From Ostreococcus lucimarinus (taxonomy: Eukaryota), in assembly GCA_000092065.1 (NCBI GenBank), contig CP000589.1: 64,000 nt of DNA; one strand, written 5' to 3'. The number at the start of each line of letters is the position of its first letter. Positions within the stretch are counted from its first letter, which is position 1. A model generated the notes under the pieces. The model was not told the DNA's origin, made no database searches, and saw only the letters and a program-made list of their open reading frames with translations. A program made the position numbers and the translations under genes. Positions 18,563 through 29,600 of the stretch are shown here, piece after piece.

Positions 18563-20122
18563 ATGTCGTCCGCGCGCGCCTCTCCGCGCGTCCACGTGCG
18601 CGTGCGCGCCTCTCCGCGCGTCCACGTGCGCGTGCGCGCCGGCGGTCACCTCCACGCGTCCCGCCGCGCGTTCACCACGGCCACGACCTTCGCCGCGTCC
18701 TCGCCGGGCGATTTCTTTGCGAAACTTTTCGACACCTCTCCTCCGGGACGCGCGCAAACGCCCGCGGCATCGTCGCGGCGCGCGCGTCCGACGAACGAGG
18801 TCGTCGACGTGATCGAGGGCATCAGGCACAAGCGCTTGGGCGGTCGGTCGGACATCGTGGTGAGCGAGCTCGCCCTCGGGACCCAGCGTTGGGGCGGCGC
18901 GGATTTCAATTCGCCGGATGAAGCGACGTGTCACGAGTTCATGGACGAGGCCATCTTAGGGCGCGGGATAAATCTCGTCGACACCGCAGAACAGGTGAGT
19001 GATTGGTGTTTTTCGATCGACAGCCTGTTCGCGGACGGTTCGGATGGCTCGAACGGTTCGAATGATCGCGAAACGCGCGACTGACGACGGCTTTCTTCGC
19101 CGCAGTACCCGATTCCGAGCGATCGGCGGCGACCGGAAGGAAGGACCGAGGAAATCATTGGAAGCTGGTTAGCGAAAGATAAGTCGAGGCGTGAAAAAAT
19201 GGTGATCGCGACGAAGATTACCGGCGGCGCGAACGTGACAAAGAAAAATATTGTGAAGGATTTGGAAGGGTCGTTGTTGCGGCTGAAAACCGATTACGTC
19301 GACGTGTACACGCTTCATTGGCCGGCGCGGTACACGCCTCAGAGTAATTGGGGACAGTCGTTGGAGTACGACGTGGATACGGAACGACAACCGTATTATC
19401 GCAACGCGGCGTCGTTTGAAGAAATCACCGAAGCCATGGGCTCGTTGATTCGTCAAGGAAAGATTCGCGGCTACGGCTCCTGCAACGATAACGCCTTTGG
19501 ACTCACGGCTATGTGCTACGCCGCGCGGAGCGTGGGCGCGCCCGAACCGTGCTGCATGCAGGGCGACTTTAGCTTGATCAACCGTCGGAGTCTGGAGAAT
19601 GGTTTAAGCGAGGCGTCCTCGCCCGTGCACGAAAACGCTGGGTGGATGGGATACAACCTGTTGGCGGGCGGCGTGTTAACTGGTAAGTATCGCGAGGTTA
19701 AGGCGGCGGTCGACAACGCGCGAGATCGCGAACTCGCGGAGAAGCTGCTCGCCGATCCCCGAGGTCGCATGGACGAATACGGTTGGGGCCAGACGTTGTA
19801 CCGCTATCGCAGCGCTCCGGCGCTTCGCGCCGTCGACCAATACGCCGCGCTCGCCGACGCCGCCGGCATGTCGCTCACCGAGCTCGCCCTGCGCTGGGCG
19901 CAGCGTAAATCATTCATGACCACCGCTCTCATCGGCCACACCTCGATGACGCAGCTCAAGGAAACCATCGGTCATTTCGACTCGTCCAAGCCGCCGCTCG
20001 ACGACGAACTCATGTGGGCCAGCGACGTCGTCCACATGCGCAACCGCCTGCCGATATTCTCGAGCGAGCGCGTCGGCCTGGACTGGAACGGTCGCGGTGA
20101 AATCGGCGAGCGCGTGCCCTGA
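18563..20122 (+). CDS. Aldo-keto reductase (NADP-dependent oxidoreductase); two exons 18563..18994 and 19106..20122
   Basis: Exon 1: presequence, then SELALGTQRWGG...DEAILGRGINLVDTAEQ. Exon 2: YPIPSDRRRPEGRTEEIIGSWL...VIATKITGG...DVYTLHWP.... The joined sequence reproduces the AKR core (LGTmtfG...LD.A...GIN.fDTAe.Y...SE..lG.WL...ATK). TGTAA at 20124-20128, 2 nt past the stop. The presequence carries an exact 30-bp tandem duplication (RASPRVHVRV x2). Confidence 0.8.
18995..19105 (+). other. Spliceosomal intron of the aldo-keto reductase gene (111 nt)
   Basis: Donor CAG|GTGAGT at 18995, CTGAC at 19081-19085, acceptor CGCAG at 19104-19105. Both exons were listed as separate ORFs in the same frame phase. 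Confidence 0.8.
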
Positions 20123-20123
20123 G

Positions 20124-20128
20124 TGTAA
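20124..20128 (+). terminator. TGTAA putative chlorophyte polyadenylation signal after the aldo-keto reductase stop
   Basis: TGTAA lies 2-25 nt past the stop codon here. The same motif follows the channel (29752-29756), the CLASP-like gene (54815-54819) and NDUFB10 (26506-26510, 26521-26525), and lies on the minus strand after RbcX (3834-3838). TGTAA is the established green-algal poly(A) signal. Whether these copies function is inference. Confidence 0.5.
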
Positions 20129-20305
20129 CGTCACCGCGCGCACAGTTTTAGCATTCATCCAGCACGAACGCGACGGTCGACGCGGTTGACTTCGCGCCCG
20201 CACTGCTCGCCTCGCTTGATGCCCGCGTCGCCCGCGTCGCGCGTCCGCCCTTCGCGCACCCACTCGCGCGCCGCGACGACGACCGCGCGCGGCGTGAAGT
20301 CAACC

Positions 20306-21583
20306 ATGCGCAATCTATTCGCGCGCGCGCGCGACGCCGGCGTCGGCGAGCGCCTGCCCGGGTCGACGTTCGAGCGATGCGTGTACTTGGACTACAACGC
20401 CACGACGCCCATATGGCCCGAAGTCTCTCGCGCCATGGCGCCGTTCCTGCACGAACACTTCGGGAACCCGTCGTCCGGACACGCGTTCGCGACGCCGTGT
20501 CGAGAAGCGATCGACGCCGCGCGCGAATCGACGGGCGCGATGTTGGGGTGCGCGAGCGACGAGGTGACGTTTACTTCGTGCGGAAGCGAGAGCGATAATT
20601 TCGCCATCGATGGCGCGGTGCGTGGGTTTTTGAAGAAGAACGCCGGACGCGGATTGCCGAAGATTGTGACGACGGCGATCGAGCACCCGGCGGTGATCGA
20701 GCACTTGAAGGCGAAGGCGGCGTTCGGGGAATTGACGTACGAGTTGGTCGGCGTCGACGAGGAGGGGTTGGTGAACGCGGACGACGTGATCGACGCTATC
20801 GATGAGAACACGTGCTTGGTGACGGTGATGCACGCGAACAACGAAACGGGAGCGATACAGCCTGTGGCTGAAATCGCGAGACGGGCGCGAGAGCGCGGCG
20901 TGCTGACGCACACGGACGCAGCGCAGAGCGCCGGAAAAGTTCCGGTGAAGGTTGACGCCCTCGGGGTCGACATGGCGACGATCGTTGGGCACAAAATCGG
21001 CGCGCCGAAGGGAGTGGGCGCCTTGTACATCCGTCGGGGTACTGACTTAGGCGACGCCAAGCCGTTTTACGGCGGTGGCCAGGAGAGCGGGCGGCGTGCG
21101 GGCACCGAGAACGTATTGCACATAGTCGGTTTGGGCAAGGCGTGCGAGATCGTCGAGCGCGAGATGGATACGTGCCCGAAACATTTGAAGGCGATGCGAG
21201 ACGATCTGCAGAAGCGGCTGGTTGACGCGCTCGGTGGCACCGATGGTTCGGGCGTGCGCGTGAACGGCCCGCGCGACGATGACAAGCGCTTGCCGAATAC
21301 GCTGAACATCGGCATCAAAGGTTTGCTCGCCTCGATCACGCTTATGGAACTCAGCGAACTGCTCGCCGCGAGTGCGGGCGCGGCGTGTCACACACCAGAC
21401 GCCGCCACGTCGGGCGGTGCGACGGTATCGAGCGTTCTAGAGGCGATGAACGTGCCCATGGAGTACGCCGTCGGCACGTTACGACTGAGTGTCGGTCGAC
21501 ACACCGTCGAGCGAGACGTCGAGCGCGGCGCGGCGTTGTTGATCGACGCCGCGAAAAGACAAAATGCGGGCGCGCCGCGGTGA
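20306..21583 (+). CDS. NifS-like cysteine desulfurase / class-V aminotransferase
   Basis: YLDYNATTPIWPEV...FGNPSSGHAFA...TSCGSESDN...MHANNETGAIQP...HTDAAQSAGKVPV...HKIGAPKGVGALYIR. Start at MRNLFARA (ATG 20306). Confidence 0.85.
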   Translation: MRNLFARARDAGVGERLPGSTFERCVYLDYNATTPIWPEVSRAMAPFLHEHFGNPSSGHAFATPCREAIDAARESTGAMLGCASDEVTFTSCGSESDNFAIDGAVRGFLKKNAGRGLPKIVTTAIEHPAVIEHLKAKAAFGELTYELVGVDEEGLVNADDVIDAIDENTCLVTVMHANNETGAIQPVAEIARRARERGVLTHTDAAQSAGKVPVKVDALGVDMATIVGHKIGAPKGVGALYIRRGTDLGDAKPFYGGGQESGRRAGTENVLHIVGLGKACEIVEREMDTCPKHLKAMRDDLQKRLVDALGGTDGSGVRVNGPRDDDKRLPNTLNIGIKGLLASITLMELSELLAASAGAACHTPDAATSGGATVSSVLEAMNVPMEYAVGTLRLSVGRHTVERDVERGAALLIDAAKRQNAGAPR

Positions 21584-21656
21584 ATAGCGCCGTTAGAGAC
21601 GCAGAAGTTCTTCTACCTAGCAATATTAATACACGATGAGTTATTCGAACGACGCG

Positions 21657-22514
21657 TCAAATTCGCAAGCTCTCCACGCCGAAATCCTCGTCTCGCGCGC
21701 CGCCGCGACTATGCTTGGCACCACCTTTTCCTTTTGATTTCTTCTTCGTCTTCACCTCGGCCCAATCTCCGGTGTCAAATTCCTCGACATCGATCCCATC
21801 CTCCACCGCCTTCTCCCTCGACCGTCGTTCTTCCTCCATCTCTTCCTCCAAGACGTCCGCGCACGCGTCCGCGTCGCCGCGACACGCTCGCAGCGTCCTC
21901 CGCAATCTTTCCGCGTCCACGCACCCCGTCCTGCGCGCCAACGCACACAACTCATCATCCCTCAACATCGCCACGCTCAGCGGTCCCCCCGGCTCGTCGA
22001 ATCGCCTCGAATTCCTCAACCGCACGCTATTATAATGATCGCGCCCCTCGTACGTCACGTGATACGTCTTCGCTCCATCGTCCCTCGCGTCCGCGCCCGC
22101 CACCCATCGCGGCGACCCCGCTTGATGGATGCATATCCCCACTCTCAGCGCCGCCGTCGCCGCGTTCACCTCCAGATGTCCCGCCCACTCCCCGTCCCTC
22201 GCCATTCGTTCGACGTACTCGTCGAACGTCTCGTCGTCCTCCACGAACGGCGCGAACGCCTCTCGTCTCGCCTCCACGCGCGCCACCACGCGTCTTCGCA
22301 CCTCCGCGTGTCTCGACTCGTCGCCGTACCTCTGATCCGCGAGCGCGCGAAAGAAGCAGTTCCCGTCCGCCTCCACCGCGCGTCGCTCGAGGTTCAGCGC
22401 GCGAAGCTGCCGCTCGAGCGTCGCGATCTCGTCCCGCGACGCCGCGTCGCGAGCGTCGCGCGTTATCGCGCCGTCGCGACGCGCGCGATCGCGACGCGCG
22501 CGTCCCTTGCCCAT
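21657..22514 (-). CDS. OTU-domain deubiquitinase-like cysteine protease
   Basis: Catalytic Cys motif VEADGNCFFRALADQ and a downstream His (RDHYNSV), consistent with the OTU fold. Acidic/K-rich C-tail. Real ATG at 22512-22514. Convergent with NifS, 73 bp between stops, across an AT-rich spacer. Confidence 0.75.
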   Translation of the reverse strand: MGKGRARRDRARRDGAITRDARDAASRDEIATLERQLRALNLERRAVEADGNCFFRALADQRYGDESRHAEVRRRVVARVEARREAFAPFVEDDETFDEYVERMARDGEWAGHLEVNAATAALRVGICIHQAGSPRWVAGADARDDGAKTYHVTYEGRDHYNSVRLRNSRRFDEPGGPLSVAMLRDDELCALARRTGCVDAERLRRTLRACRGDADACADVLEEEMEEERRSREKAVEDGIDVEEFDTGDWAEVKTKKKSKGKGGAKHSRGGARDEDFGVESLRI

Positions 22515-22599
22515 CGAGGCGCGCGATCAGCGGCGCATCGCGTCGGCGCGTCGGCGCGTGACGCCGCCGCCACTCCGCGACGCGCGCGACGCGATCGAC

Positions 22600-23718
22600 A
22601 TGCCGCGCGCGAAGCGATCGGCGTCGGAACCGAGCGACGCGACGCGCGCGATCGTCGACGCGCGCGCGCCGAAGCGCTCCAGGACGCGCGAGGACGACGC
22701 GCGCGACGACGGCGCGGCGCTCGACGGGGCGATCTCGCTGCGAGCGGCGGGGCGAAAGAAAAATGCCGCGCCGACGCGCACGAGCGCGCTCGCGGCGCCC
22801 ATCATGGCGCTGACGAGGGGACACGAGGGCGGGGTGAACGCGGTGGCGTTCTCGCGGAGCGGCGCGACGCTGGCGAGCGCGGGACACGACGGGGGATTGG
22901 CGCTGTGGCGCGTGGGCGACGCGAGCGCGAGCGCGAATTTTATGACGGCGAGGGGGTGTAAAAACGCCGTCACGGACGCGTGTTACACGATGGACGACGA
23001 GTGCGCGGTGACGAGCGACGCGGATGGGGTCGTGAGGGTGTGGGACGCGGAGACTGGGGGGCAGGTGAAGTCGTACGCGTCGACGCGAGGGAAGTGCGCG
23101 AACGCGGTGAGCGCGGCGAGAGGGGATTTGGTGATGAGCGCGAGCGACGACGGGAGCGCGTGCGTGTGGGATTTGAGGGTGAAAAAGCGAGCGGCAAGGA
23201 CGTACGCGCACGCGGTGCCGCAGACGGCGTGCGTGATGAGCGCGCACGGGGATCGCGCGTACGTCGGAGGCGTGGACGACGTCGTTCGCGCGTGGGACGC
23301 TAGAATGGAGAATAAATCGCTGATGACGCTCGAAGGGCACGAAGACACGATCACCGGACTAGACATTTCGCCGTGCGGGTCGTTCGTGCTGAGTAACTCG
23401 ATGGATAACACGCTGAGGATGTGGGACACGCGCGCGTTCGTCGAGGGCGAACGCGAGACGAAGCGATTCGTCGGGCACTCGCACAATTTTGAAAAGGCAC
23501 TCTTGCGATGCGCGTTCAACGCCGACGGCACGCGCGTGGGGTCTGGGTCCGCGGACTCTTGCGTGTACGTCTGGGAAGTCGAGAACGCCAAGCTGAAGTA
23601 CAAGCTTCCGGGGCACAAGGGCGTGGTGTCCGGCGTCGCGTTTAGCCCGGCGGAAAACCCCGTCATCGCGAGCGGCGGCGCGGACGGCGTCGTCTTCGTG
23701 GGCGAATTGGATCGATGA
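22600..23718 (+). CDS. SNRNP40: U5 snRNP 40 kDa WD40-repeat protein (SNRNP40/PRP8-binding protein)
   Basis: APIMALTRGHEGGVNAVAFSRSGATLASAGHDGGLALWRV... aligns along its length with human SNRNP40 ([39 protein letters not shown] ... NFEKNLLRCSWSPDGS...GSADRFVYVWD). Start at MPRAKRS (ATG 22600). Confidence 0.9.
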   Translation: MPRAKRSASEPSDATRAIVDARAPKRSRTREDDARDDGAALDGAISLRAAGRKKNAAPTRTSALAAPIMALTRGHEGGVNAVAFSRSGATLASAGHDGGLALWRVGDASASANFMTARGCKNAVTDACYTMDDECAVTSDADGVVRVWDAETGGQVKSYASTRGKCANAVSAARGDLVMSASDDGSACVWDLRVKKRAARTYAHAVPQTACVMSAHGDRAYVGGVDDVVRAWDARMENKSLMTLEGHEDTITGLDISPCGSFVLSNSMDNTLRMWDTRAFVEGERETKRFVGHSHNFEKALLRCAFNADGTRVGSGSADSCVYVWEVENAKLKYKLPGHKGVVSGVAFSPAENPVIASGGADGVVFVGELDR

Positions 23719-23772
23719 GTCATCGTTTGTCATATAATTTACATGCAGTAAGTAGTCTATCGGCGTGCGTCG

Positions 23773-25866
23773 TCAGCCGTCGCTGCTATAATATCCAGCG
23801 CTCGCGCGCGCCGTAAACGCTTCGCCGTCCAATCCGCGCGTCGCCTCGATGACGTCAACCTTTGCGGGTCGACGTTTCGGTGTCGTCGCTTTGCTCGATC
23901 GTCGAGACGACGTGCGATGGATGCCGACGCGCTCTTCCCCGCTCTCTAACGAATCTGAGCGGTCACCGAGCGATCGTCGCGATCCGCCGCGAGACGAACG
24001 GTCGCGCGAGCGACGACTACGATCTCGCGAACGGTCGCGCGAGCGACGCCGTCGCGGTGATCTGTCTCGCGAGCGATCGCGTCGCCGTCTGTCCCGGTCG
24101 TCATATCGATCGTCGTAACCCCCTGGATGATGATATCCAGGAGGTGGAGGCATGCCTGGATATTGCGCCGCCATGTACATGGGATGCATCGGCATCATCG
24201 GCGCCGCGTACGCGTAGGGCATCGCCATGTACGGCTGTGGCACACCGTACGGCTGCATCGGAGGCGGATGCCCGTGCGCGCTCGGCGGTCCGCGCGGGTA
24301 CCCTGAGGAATCGTACGAGGCGTGCGATCTATCGTCGCTGTATTCACTATTCGAGCGGCTGCGCGCGACGTAGCCGCCGGGTTCGCTTCGTTGTCGCGGG
24401 ACGTCGTGTCCACCGAAAGAGTCCGCTCGAGTAAACGCGTCCGCGGACGCGACGCTGCGACTCGAAGATGGTACGCCTCGAGGATAGCCGTCGTGGTTGG
24501 CGCCCGGACGCTGCGACTCGATCCAACGCTGCATTCGAGACTCGTGCGCGCGCGCCTTCATCTCCGGCGTGGTGAGCGTTTCGCGCGCGTCGTTCGGTTC
24601 GAGCCCTTCGTAACAGCACAGGCCGTGAACATTCGTGATCGTGTCCGAGGCCCCGAGCGAGAGTAAGTACTCGCCGAGCGCCTGATAGCCGTAAGCGAAA
24701 CAAAAGTGCAAACCGGTGTGCCCGTTGTTCGTTTGAGCGTCGATGAGTTCCAACCTCGGCGGCTTTGATTTATAATCCGTGCTCTTCAGCACCAATTTCG
24801 CCGACCGTCGCTGATTGTTTTGACACGCGATGTGCAACAGGGTCAGCCCGTTGCCGTCGCGAACTCTCGGATCGACGCCCGAGGCGAACAACTTTTGCAA
24901 CTCCTTCACGCGACCGTGACGGGCGCGACTGAATGCCTCGATCACCAGCGCGTCGCCACCCGCGCTCGAACCTCCCCAAGAGCTGCCTCCGTCGTCGTCC
25001 GAGAAGTCGGAGCGGTCGCTCGAACGCTCCGATCCGATGTCTGAGATGTCGCACCTCGTCAGACGCGCTTGATTTCTAAACTGCGTGGCGAGCTCGTCCA
25101 CCCCACCCTGGGTTTGCAGCAGCGGCCGTCGCGCGTTCGACGCGGTTTTATTCGTCAGACTTTCGTCTTCGCCGAAATTCGGCACGCCGAGGTCTTCGCG
25201 ACGAGCCGCGCGCCGACTCGACGGGCTCGCCTCGGGCGAAACGGAAATCATCACGTGTCCGTCGTTGGCGCCGACGGCGCCCGCGCGCGTGGGCGTCGAC
25301 GGTTCCGGAACGAACGCTCGCGCTTGAGACGCCGAGTTCGCGCGTCCGCGCTCGAGTCGCGCGCCCCCGACGTCGTCGTCGTCGTCGGTGTCGTCTAGGT
25401 TGCTCTCCGCGTCGTCGTCGTCCACCGCCTCCAGCGCTTGGTTCGCCCCCGCGCTCTCCGCGTACTCCCGCACGACGATCGCCAGCCCGCGCTCCCACAT
25501 CGCCGCCTGCGCCACCGTCTGTCCCGTGAGCTCGACCACGTCCCCGTCGCGCTTGATCAACCGCACCACCAGCCCGTCGCCTCGTCGCTCCACTCTCGAC
25601 ACGTTTTTAAACGCGCACATCCTCGTCAACCTCGCCTCGTCCGCCGCCCCTCGAACCTCCCCCCACCGCACGCTCGCCCCGTTCGCGTCCACCTTGGCGA
25701 ACACGCACCGCCCGCCGCTCCCGCGCGCGGACCCATCCGTCGCGAACTCTCGCGCCGCCGCCAGCGTCCCGCCCGCTCGCAGTCGCCTCGTCGCCTCGTC
25801 GTCGCCCTCGCGCGTCGTCGACGCCGTCGTCCCGTCCGCCTCGAACAGCGGGTTCGTCCGTCGCAT
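23773..25866 (-). CDS. Ankyrin-repeat protein with PH-like N-terminal region and RD/RS- and Y/M/P-rich C-terminal tail
   Basis: ANK repeats: GNGLTLLHIACQNNQRRSAKLVL...NNGHTGLHFCFAYGYQALGEYLLSLGA. C-tail PPMQPYGVPQPYMAMPYAYAAPMMP...DRDRRRRDRSRDRSPRRRRSRDRS. Start at MRRTNPLFEADG (ATG 25864-25866). Confidence 0.55.
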   Translation of the reverse strand: MRRTNPLFEADGTTASTTREGDDEATRRLRAGGTLAAAREFATDGSARGSGGRCVFAKVDANGASVRWGEVRGAADEARLTRMCAFKNVSRVERRGDGLVVRLIKRDGDVVELTGQTVAQAAMWERGLAIVVREYAESAGANQALEAVDDDDAESNLDDTDDDDDVGGARLERGRANSASQARAFVPEPSTPTRAGAVGANDGHVMISVSPEASPSSRRAARREDLGVPNFGEDESLTNKTASNARRPLLQTQGGVDELATQFRNQARLTRCDISDIGSERSSDRSDFSDDDGGSSWGGSSAGGDALVIEAFSRARHGRVKELQKLFASGVDPRVRDGNGLTLLHIACQNNQRRSAKLVLKSTDYKSKPPRLELIDAQTNNGHTGLHFCFAYGYQALGEYLLSLGASDTITNVHGLCCYEGLEPNDARETLTTPEMKARAHESRMQRWIESQRPGANHDGYPRGVPSSSRSVASADAFTRADSFGGHDVPRQRSEPGGYVARSRSNSEYSDDRSHASYDSSGYPRGPPSAHGHPPPMQPYGVPQPYMAMPYAYAAPMMPMHPMYMAAQYPGMPPPPGYHHPGGYDDRYDDRDRRRRDRSRDRSPRRRRSRDRSRDRSRRSRDRSSRGGSRRSLGDRSDSLESGEERVGIHRTSSRRSSKATTPKRRPAKVDVIEATRGLDGEAFTARASAGYYSSDG

Positions 25867-26165
25867 GTTCGCGCGTCCCTCGCGGCGCTCTCGCGTCGCT
25901 CGCGTCGGTTTTCGCGCGCGATCGCGCTTACGGTCGTTCGTTCGCGCGCTTTCAATTCGCGTCTTCGACGCCCTCGCGCTCGACGTCGCGCGCCGCTCGA
26001 CCGCGCGCGCGCTCACTCGACGCGCATGCCGCGCGCGCGCGATCCCGCGTCGCGCGCCCCGCGCGCGTCGCGTCGCGTCGCGTCGTCTTCTCCCGGATTC
26101 GCGTCGTCGCCCCGCGCGCCGAATCCCCAATCGCCGACGCGCGTGCTGGTCGCGCGCCGCGCGCC

Positions 26166-26492
26166 ATGGTGGACGCGCGCACTTTTGCCGGCGCGCGCGC
26201 GTCCCTCGATCCCGCCAGCGCGCCGCGCGCGCCCGCGGACGTCCCCGGATTCGATCGCGCGAACCCTCGCCGGAGCGCCCCCGCTTCGGTGCTCGCCGCG
26301 CGCGAGGTCGCCGCGCGCGAGACCGCGGTCGCCGTCGAGCGCGCGAAATTGCTCCGCGAGAGCGTCGTCGCGTGTTATCGCGCGGAGGGGGTGAATCACC
26401 TCGAGCGGTGCGGCGCGCGCGTCAGGGCGTACCTCGAGGCGATCGGAAACGTCGGCGCGCATCGAATCAACGCGGGCGAGCGCGACCGATAG
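26166..26492 (+). CDS. NDUFB10: NADH dehydrogenase [ubiquinone] 1 beta subcomplex subunit 10-like (NDUFB10/PDSW)
   Basis: 108 aa, real ATG in the context GCGCCATGG. AKLLRESVVACYRAEGVNHLERCGARVRAYLEAIGNVG matches the plant PDSW core (AKILREKVKWCYRVEGVNHYQKCRHLVQQYLDSTRGVGWG), including the CX11C motif. TGTAA at 26506-26510 and 26521-26525. Confidence 0.7.
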   Translation: MVDARTFAGARASLDPASAPRAPADVPGFDRANPRRSAPASVLAAREVAARETAVAVERAKLLRESVVACYRAEGVNHLERCGARVRAYLEAIGNVGAHRINAGERDR

Positions 26493-26694
26493 CGAGCGAC
26501 GCGATTGTAACGAACGACGATGTAACGACGAACGATGACGAACGCGTCGGCGCGTCGACGGACGCGCGAATCGCGAGTCGCGCGGATTGCATTGAATTAA
26601 ATTAAATCATCGAACGAACGACAGACGTCGACGCGGCGCGCGACGACGACGGCGCGACGCGCGCGACGCGCGCGCGCGCGAGGGACGCGGGACG

Positions 26695-29600
26695 ATGTCG
26701 AGCGACGACGACGCGGGACGGCGTGCGCGGGGGGAGGCGAACGCGGGCGAACACCCTGGACGGGAGCGACGGACGGCGACGGACGACGAGGACGACGGCG
26801 ACGCGGGGGCGGGGGGGGGGGCGAGGGACGAGGGCGCGCGGCGCGAGGGCGGGCGCGAGGGCGGGAGGGCGCGGGAGGCGCGGGAGGGGGCGGGCGACGC
26901 GCGGACGACGCGCGAACGCGAACGCGAGCGCGAGCGCGAGCGCGAACGCGAGCGCGAGCGCGAGCGCGAGAGCGAGAGCGAGAGCGAGAGCGATTCGGCG
27001 TCGACGTCGACGTCGGACGGATCGACGACGACGGATGGGGAGACGCGCGCGGGCGCGGCGCCGGCGACGGAGGAGTACGACGTCGAGGGCCGACTTCCGT
27101 CTCGAACGCCTCCCGCGGGCGATTCGCGAGGATTCTGGACGCGCTGCTATCACGAGGGCGCGAAGTTTTGCGGACTCGGGGTTTTGTTGGAGGAAATTCC
27201 GTCGGAGAGTTCTTCGAGCGAGAGTTCGAGCGATTCCGACAGCGAATCGGACAGCGAAGGATCTCGACGACGTCACAGGTTGCGCGCGTTGGATAGCTTT
27301 AAGAGCAACATGTCGGAGGGTTCAGAACTTGATGAAGCAGATCTCAACGACGAGGTTAAGCAGAGAGTTCTAGACGAAGGGAAGGCGAACATTTACCCGT
27401 CTCTGGCGATCATGGAGGTGCTGTTCAACAAAATGCAGGAACGACTCTCGAAGAAAGCGGTTCGCGACGAAATGCTCGAGGCGAAACGCGCGGACGAAGC
27501 TGTTACGGCCGCACACCGGAATCGCAGGCAACGGTCGAGAGCGTGGCTGTTGCATCAGTTTGTCTCGTCCAAGTTCTTTACGTTTCTCACCGCGTCGATG
27601 ATTTTCTATTCCAGCATCGTGTGCGGCATCGTGTCGCAGGATCCCGACAAATGGTTTGACACGAAGTTCGAAGATGTTAGCTTCTTAGTGCTGAACATCG
27701 GGTTCGCCGTCGAAGCGGTCATGCGCATCATGTCTAGCGGCGTCATCATCAAAGAGGATGGCGTCAAACACTTGGTCGAGTTGAGGCCTCATTACTACTT
27801 TCACGACCCCGTTAACTGCGTCGATTTCGTCGTGACAGTGCTGTCGTTTATGGAGTACGTCGTCAGCGGTAATTCTCTGGACGCCGTGCGAACTTTCCGT
27901 CTCATTCGATTGCTTCGTCTGATTCAGATGGTCGAAGACATGCGTGTAATTTTGGATGGCGTCATCCAAGGCGTCCTGAGCATAGTCTGGATTCTCGTTC
28001 TCCTTACGGTCGTCGTGTACATCTACGCTGTGATCGGTGCGGTGTTGTTCGGTGAAAACGATCCGCGCAACTTCAGAAGTCTGAGCATCGCGTTCAAGAC
28101 GGTTATATCGATGACGACGATGTCGGACTGGCTAGACTTTCTGTACATCAATTATCATGGCTGCGACCAGTACGGCTACGACGGAGCAGACGCGTCTTAT
28201 TGTACGAACCCAAAGTCGCAGAAGGTATTGGCGACTGCGTACATTATGTCTCTCATCGTCATTCTCGGTAATATCATGATGAGCCTGTTCATCGGGGTCA
28301 TCACAAACAAGATGGAGGACGCCGCGCTCGAACTGAAGGATTCCAAAGACGCGAAAAAGAGGAAGACGAAAGCCGCAGTCGCAGCTGAGGTGTGGGACGA
28401 TCCGGCGTTAACTCCGTTAAAAATCGGTGCCGAGCAGTACGCGCAGTTGCTGTATCACCTGAATTTACTCTCCGGCGTGCGAGCGGAAGGGGTTGTCAGG
28501 CCGCTGCCAGATCTGCCAAAGTGGAAACGCGCGCAACTCTGGTTGAAAAGAATGGTCACGAACACAGTGTTCGAGTGGGGTGTCGTGATGATGATCATCG
28601 CCGTGGCTATTACTTCGGGTCTTGGTCTTGAATACAACCAGCAAGGCAAAGAATGGTACAAGACAACTGAGGCGTTTTTCATAGCCGCCTTTACGGCTGA
28701 ACTCATCATAAAGTTTTTCGCCTACCTCGACAGAAGTCTTTCGTTTTACACGGGCAAGCAAAAGTGGTGGAACTTGTTTGACACATTCGTGGTGCTGGTT
28801 GGGCTCATACCCAGTTCGTATCAGAAGGCGGCGGTCGTTGTGCGACTTCTTCGGCTCCTTAGAATCCTGCGCCTCGTACGCGTGATCAAGCAGCTGCAAG
28901 TCGTCGTTCTCTCGCTCATCGCGGGAATGAACTCGATTGTTTACGTCGCGGTGTTTATGAGCGTCATCTTCTTTGTCTACGCCGTGGCAGGCGTACAAGT
29001 GTTTCGATTGAACGATCCATTCCATTTTTGCGATTTGTCCAACGCCGTGGTGACGCTTTTCACGGTATCCTTCTTGGAAGACTGGCGACCGGTGTTTGAC
29101 ATCAATTTTTACGGCTGCGACAAAAATTTGTTCGGCGATACCGATGGCGGCGTATATTACGCGTCGACGATTGATGTTGACATATCGAACGGCTCGACCG
29201 TGGTGTGCTCGCATCCACAGCAGCACAAGATGTTTGCGTTCTTCTTCTTCAGCTCGTACATTCTGTTGTCAGCCATGGTCCTCGTGTCCGCGTTCGTCGG
29301 TATCATCGTGACGAGTATGCAAAGCGCGTCCACGATGGTCCGCCAGCGCCTTGCCTCCGAAGAGCGCCTGAAAATGATCGAAGAATTCTTCCAACTCGAC
29401 GAACACGCATCAAAACAAACTGTTTACGTATACAATCTTCTTGACAGCGGATTTGAAGGCGAGCTCACGCCGGAGAAGATTATGGAGAAGATGGCGCTCT
29501 TTGACATTCCCACGAACCCGGAACTCCTCAAACGCGCGCATCAAACCGTGAACGGGCTCATGGACGCCCCGTTCGACGCGGCCGACTTCTTGCTTCTCAC

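Noticed and set aside
22030-23340. 436-aa minus-strand ORF, with similar ones at 34008-35132, 44660-46033, 46254-47477, 58988-59512 and others
   Set aside because: All are antisense to genes with strong homology and translate to Arg/Ala/Pro-rich low complexity. They are an artefact of the GC content.
26911-26994. Regularly spaced short repeats that could be mistaken for a CRISPR-like array
   Set aside because: This is a contiguous hexanucleotide microsatellite with no spacers, inside a eukaryotic coding sequence. There are no cas genes and the genome is nuclear and eukaryotic (spliceosomal introns, TGTAA signals, Sm and U5 snRNP genes).
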